A stretch of DNA of 32,000 nucleotides from Thermococcus kodakarensis KOD1. Its GTDB lineage: Archaea; Methanobacteriota_B; Thermococci; Thermococcales; Thermococcaceae. This document shows, one piece after another, positions 28,621-32,000 of this stretch (positions are counted from its first letter, which is position 1; each line of letters starts with the position of its first letter). The notes beneath the pieces are model-generated. The model saw nothing but the letters and a program-made list of their open reading frames with translations, made no database searches and was not told the origin of the DNA. The translations under genes and the position numbers were made by a program. The stretch is taken from the NCBI RefSeq assembly GCF_000009965.1, contig NC_006624.1, positions 1-32,000 on the forward strand, in the 5' to 3' direction.

Positions 28621-29334
28621 GAGGGCTTCCTCGACTTTGTGCTTTACTAGGTCGCTTGGGTCTTTCATTTCCTTGAGCTTTTCGATGACTATAGCACGAA
28701 GCTTCTTGTTTTTCTCCGCCAGCTTCTCAAGGGTCTCGACTGCACTCGCGCGAACAACCTCGTCCTTGTCATTTAGGAGCGCAAAGAGCTTTGGAAGGAA
28801 CGGAGTCACATACTTAAGCCCGTTATCCCCAAGTGCTGCGATGAAGTTGAGGGCGGCGAGCTTGTCTGCATTGTTCTTTGATGTGAGCAATATTCCTATG
28901 TCTTTGAAAACTCCGCTGAGGAGTGATGGGTTTGCCCTCATGATTTCTTCAAGCACGTAAGTCATGTTTATCTTAATCTTTGGATCACCAAGGCGGTAGT
29001 TTGCGAAGATTATCGGCACAACTTTTCTGACTTCCTCGGGGTTAATCCTTGCCAGTAAGCCGAATGTTCTTGCTATTTCCTGAGTTAGTGGAACGGCCTC
29101 ACTCTTCCGAACCATGACCATTAGTTTCGTAACAAGGGCTTCCTGGAGTGAGGGTATTTCCTCCATTATTGCAGAAATAACTCTGAGTGCGTTTTTCTGA
29201 ACCGTCCAGAGATCATCGTCGAGGAGACTGATTACCTCTTTGAGGAACTCTCTGTCGATGATGGCCCGTGCTATTATCTCCTGTATCTGTTCTCCTGTTG
29301 CTAGGACCTCCCTGAGGTCCAGCTCTTTTTCCAT
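28591..29334 (-). CDS. HEAT/ARM-like helical repeat protein, function unknown
   Basis: 247 aa with repeating units of about 35-40 aa (DDDLWTVQKNALRVISAI, NADKLAALNFIAALG, DKDEVVRASAVETLEKLA) typical of HEAT repeats. Confidence 0.6.
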   Translation of the reverse strand: MEKELDLREVLATGEQIQEIIARAIIDREFLKEVISLLDDDLWTVQKNALRVISAIMEEIPSLQEALVTKLMVMVRKSEAVPLTQEIARTFGLLARINPEEVRKVVPIIFANYRLGDPKIKINMTYVLEEIMRANPSLLSGVFKDIGILLTSKNNADKLAALNFIAALGDNGLKYVTPFLPKLFALLNDKDEVVRASAVETLEKLAEKNKKLRAIVIEKLKEMKDPSDLVKHKVEEALSRLLLLEKE

Positions 29335-29403
29335 CTTCCCACCACGGTAGAGATCGGCAAGGTTTTATATTAATCTTTTCATTACCTTTTCTTGGTGAAA
29401 ACC

Positions 29404-30681
29404 ATGGGAAAGGTAAAGGGTGTTTCAGCGCTGTTGCTAATCATCGCAATGCTGACTCTCCCTGCCGTTTCAAGCTCGGAAAACCCAGTGCTGTGGAAGG
29501 GTTCGGTGTGCAGTGATGTCCAGTATCAGAAGAGCATTGAGGCCGTGGCGATTGCCAACACTACTGTCTACGCTGCCTGCTCCTACCGCCAGGTCGCGAA
29601 CTCCTCGGGGCTGATAGGGGTGTACTACCTTGGTACGCTCTATGCGTATTCCTTAAACGGCTCAAAGCTGTGGGAGAATGCTTCCGGCTACGTTGTCAAG
29701 CTCCATCCAATCGATGGGGGTGTTCTCGCGGGCAGTCTGGGTGGATTGATACTCTTTGACAACTCCAGCAGAATCCTCTCCGTGGCCAACACCATGGGCA
29801 AGCTCTACGACTTCACGGTTAAAGATGGCGTCATCTATGCAGCCGGCGGTGACTACTTTATATCCGGCCCGAACTCTTCGGTAACCTACAGGGGCAGTCT
29901 CTACGCCGTTAACCTTGGAAAAAATCTAACTTTTATATGGAACGTCTCCGTTGACGACATGCTCTCGAGGGTGAGGGTTGGAAAGGGGGTCATCTATGCC
30001 TCCTCGGGGTTCCCATCGGGGTATTCTTTCTCGCACCAGTTTGGGTCGCTCTACGCGTTCTCCCTCGATGGAAGGCCCCTATGGAACATAACCCTCGGCC
30101 ACTGGGTCAGGGACATGGAGGTGTGGAACGGCAGTGCGCTCCTGGGAACGGGCTTTGACAATTCAAGGGGCGAGATTTATCTGGTGTCCCCCAATGGAGA
30201 AGTACTGATGAAGGGGAGTGCCTTCTATGTGGAGGACATCCTCGTGGTTGGGGACACCGCTTATGTCTCGGGGTACAATGGGCAAAACGGCAGTGTGATG
30301 TCCTTGAAGCTTCCGTCGGGCCAGGTGATCTGGGAGCAAGAGCTTCCATATAGGGCCAAAGTGATGGCCTACTCAGACGGTCTCCTCCTGGTTGGCGTGG
30401 GTAAGTTTGAGCAGAAGACCGAGAACGGTACAACGTACATCTACAGCGTCGGTTCCCTCTATGCTCTTGACCCAGAGAGCGGAGAAGTCGTTGGAAGTGT
30501 CTCTAACACCGGCTATGTAAGGAGCATCGCAGTTCTCGGTGACAGAGCTGTTGTTGGGACTGCCAGTTCGGAGTTCTACGTGATTGACGTCAGTGCCCTC
30601 AAGGGCAAAAATGGAACGTGTGGGCCGGCGGGTATAGTCCTGCTGGCTGTACTATTTGGGCTTCTGATTAAGAGACTTTGA
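29404..30681 (+). CDS. Secreted beta-propeller (PQQ-like repeat) glycoprotein with CGP-CTERM-type anchor
   Basis: Signal peptide (ALLLIIAMLTLPAVSS). Repeated G(S)LYA-type blade motifs (GTLYAYSLNGSKLW, GSLYAVNLG, GSLYAFSLDGRPLW, GSLYALDPESGEVV). C-terminal GTCGPAGIVLLAVLFGLLIKRL. 13 N-x-S/T sequons by my count. Confidence 0.7.
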   Translation: MGKVKGVSALLLIIAMLTLPAVSSSENPVLWKGSVCSDVQYQKSIEAVAIANTTVYAACSYRQVANSSGLIGVYYLGTLYAYSLNGSKLWENASGYVVKLHPIDGGVLAGSLGGLILFDNSSRILSVANTMGKLYDFTVKDGVIYAAGGDYFISGPNSSVTYRGSLYAVNLGKNLTFIWNVSVDDMLSRVRVGKGVIYASSGFPSGYSFSHQFGSLYAFSLDGRPLWNITLGHWVRDMEVWNGSALLGTGFDNSRGEIYLVSPNGEVLMKGSAFYVEDILVVGDTAYVSGYNGQNGSVMSLKLPSGQVIWEQELPYRAKVMAYSDGLLLVGVGKFEQKTENGTTYIYSVGSLYALDPESGEVVGSVSNTGYVRSIAVLGDRAVVGTASSEFYVIDVSALKGKNGTCGPAGIVLLAVLFGLLIKRL

Positions 30682-30936
30682 GAATTTTGCTTTTTTCTTA
30701 ATCTATTTGTCGAACAACCTGTGTTGGATATCCTGCAACTGATTGGTAATAAAATTCTATGTTGAAGGGTGGCAATGTGACTGGATGTTCTCTTATTAAT
30801 GGGCGTTAAGGCTAAATAAGGGACATAGTCTATACGAAAAAGTTATATACTTTTCAACCGCTAATAAAACTGTGGCAACATGCTCAGTCAATATCAGCAG
30901 GCTACAATCAGCCACAGAATTTCCGGAGGTGACAGG

Positions 30937-31266
30937 ATGAACTCGGTAGTAATCGAACCACAGGTATTGCGCTCCCTTCACCGCAGCGAGCTCAGAAAGA
31001 GGATATTGATGTATCTCAATGAGATATACCCATCCGCAACTTACCTGTCCGAGATAGCTCGGGTAATCGGCTCGGACCCCTCCAACGTCCGTGGGGCGCT
31101 GGTGGGTCTTGGGAATAGGTACAACAACGAAAGCTCCCTCGTTTACCTGGGTCTTGTCGAGGAGATAAGCAGGAACGGCTTCAAGTACTACCGTCTCACA
31201 GAGTACGGCAAGAGGGTCGTGGACTACCTCAGGGAGTACCACCGCTATTATCGGCGCTTCCTGTGA
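30937..31266 (+). CDS. Small winged-helix transcriptional regulator (ArsR-like)
   Basis: GGAGGTGA RBS precedes the ATG at 30937. SELRKRILMYLNEIYPSATYLSEIARVIGSDPSNVRGAL is an HTH plus recognition helix. The wing is GFKYYRLTEYG. Confidence 0.65.
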   Translation: MNSVVIEPQVLRSLHRSELRKRILMYLNEIYPSATYLSEIARVIGSDPSNVRGALVGLGNRYNNESSLVYLGLVEEISRNGFKYYRLTEYGKRVVDYLREYHRYYRRFL

Positions 31267-31275
31267 GGTGGAGAG

Positions 31276-32000
31276 ATGCCCACCTCCCTAGTTCGCGCCG
31301 TCGATACCAACCTAGACCTTATGACCGAGATGTCCCTATTTTTTATAATCTCCCTTGGGGTAAAGCGCGGTATTTTTTCAGCGCTTTCAAAGCGGCCGTC
31401 CCTTTCAAGGTTCATGGACGAAGTTAGGATCCCAAACAGAAGGCTCCTTTCCCGCTTTCTGGCGACCCTCGACAGACTGGGCATGGTCAAAACGACCAAC
31501 GATCACATTGAGCTGGCGGAATTCTCTCACAACCTTGTCGTTGCGGCAGAACGGTACGGTGCCCTGGTTTCAGACTGGGCATCCGTTCTTGAGGAGATAT
31601 ACAAGATGGCTGACTACGCTTTCATAACCCCCACTCATCCCCAGATCCTTATGGACTTCGATAAGGACGCCGACTTCTGGGACATGAGAATGAGCACCTC
31701 ATTTTCCAACCTCTATCGTAGGGCTATAGCCGAAGTTGCAGAGATAAAACCTGGCATGTCGGTCCTGGATATCGGCTGTGGGTCGGTTTCTCCCTCTTAT
31801 TTCGGCAGGCTCGTTGGCTACAACGGCTTTTATCTGGGTTTGGATTACTCTTATGCCCTCCTGGACATAGCCCGGGCCAGAATCGCGGGCGAGGCCCTCC
31901 CCGTTGTCCTCAAGGAGATTGATGCTACCATTATACGCCCGGTGAACTCTTACGACGTTGTGATAATGAGCTTTGTCCTTGAGTACATCCAGAACAGGAA
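31276..32000 (+). CDS. Class I SAM-dependent methyltransferase with N-terminal wHTH-like dimerisation domain (5' partial, runs off the window)
   Basis: This ORF is absent from the ORF track because it has no stop within the window. I translated it by hand: MPTSLVRAVDTN...LSRFLATLDRLGMV...GMSVLDIGCGSVS (motif I)...YDVVIMSFVLEYI. GAGGTGGAG RBS precedes the ATG at 31276. Confidence 0.75.
   Translation, partial: MPTSLVRAVDTNLDLMTEMSLFFIISLGVKRGIFSALSKRPSLSRFMDEVRIPNRRLLSRFLATLDRLGMVKTTNDHIELAEFSHNLVVAAERYGALVSDWASVLEEIYKMADYAFITPTHPQILMDFDKDADFWDMRMSTSFSNLYRRAIAEVAEIKPGMSVLDIGCGSVSPSYFGRLVGYNGFYLGLDYSYALLDIARARIAGEALPVVLKEIDATIIRPVNSYDVVIMSFVLEYIQNR

Noticed and set aside
30796-31499. Minus-strand ORFs of 148 aa and 83 aa
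   Set aside because: They are antisense to the wHTH regulator and methyltransferase genes, which have strong RBSs and recognisable motifs.

Overview
Gene-dense archaeal chromosome segment (about 40 CDS, one 5S rRNA; I found no tRNA and no CRISPR array). It is almost certainly the start of the Thermococcus kodakarensis KOD1 chromosome. Position 1 is the ATG of a 1671-aa family B DNA polymerase precursor carrying two LAGLIDADG inteins of 360 and 537 aa, which matches the published KOD pol architecture. The rest is mostly housekeeping: YgjP-like hydrolase, NfeD-like protein, CoA-binding protein, RNA methyltransferases, YjbQ, GTPase, HD hydrolase, HAD, TrmO, AhcY, MBL hydrolase, cyclase and RNase P Rpp21. 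The points worth a second look are as follows. (1) The tungstate transporter operon wtpABC is split twice, by an opposite-strand vapBC pair between wtpA and wtpB, and by an AT-rich two-gene cassette between wtpB and wtpC. That cassette encodes an AAA_21-like ABC ATPase plus a TOPRIM-like protein, resembling a split OLD or PARIS AriA/AriB module, and is my best candidate for an undescribed archaeal defence module. (2) The C-terminal TOBE domain of wtpC lies in the +1 frame. (3) A tightly coupled four-gene minus-strand operon encodes two paralogous zinc-ribbon/glycine-zipper membrane proteins, a small helical protein and an SPFH (YdjI-like) protein with a C-terminal double zinc ribbon, reminiscent of the Bacillus pspA-ydjGHI membrane-stress module. 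(4) An MCM-like OB-fold/winged-helix protein has no P-loop, is coupled to rnp4, and diverges from an orphan 5S rRNA gene around one symmetric TATA box. (5) A second PIN toxin gene is broken by two -1 frameshifts next to G5 tracts. All calls rest on reading the ORF translations and the DNA by eye; no searches were run.
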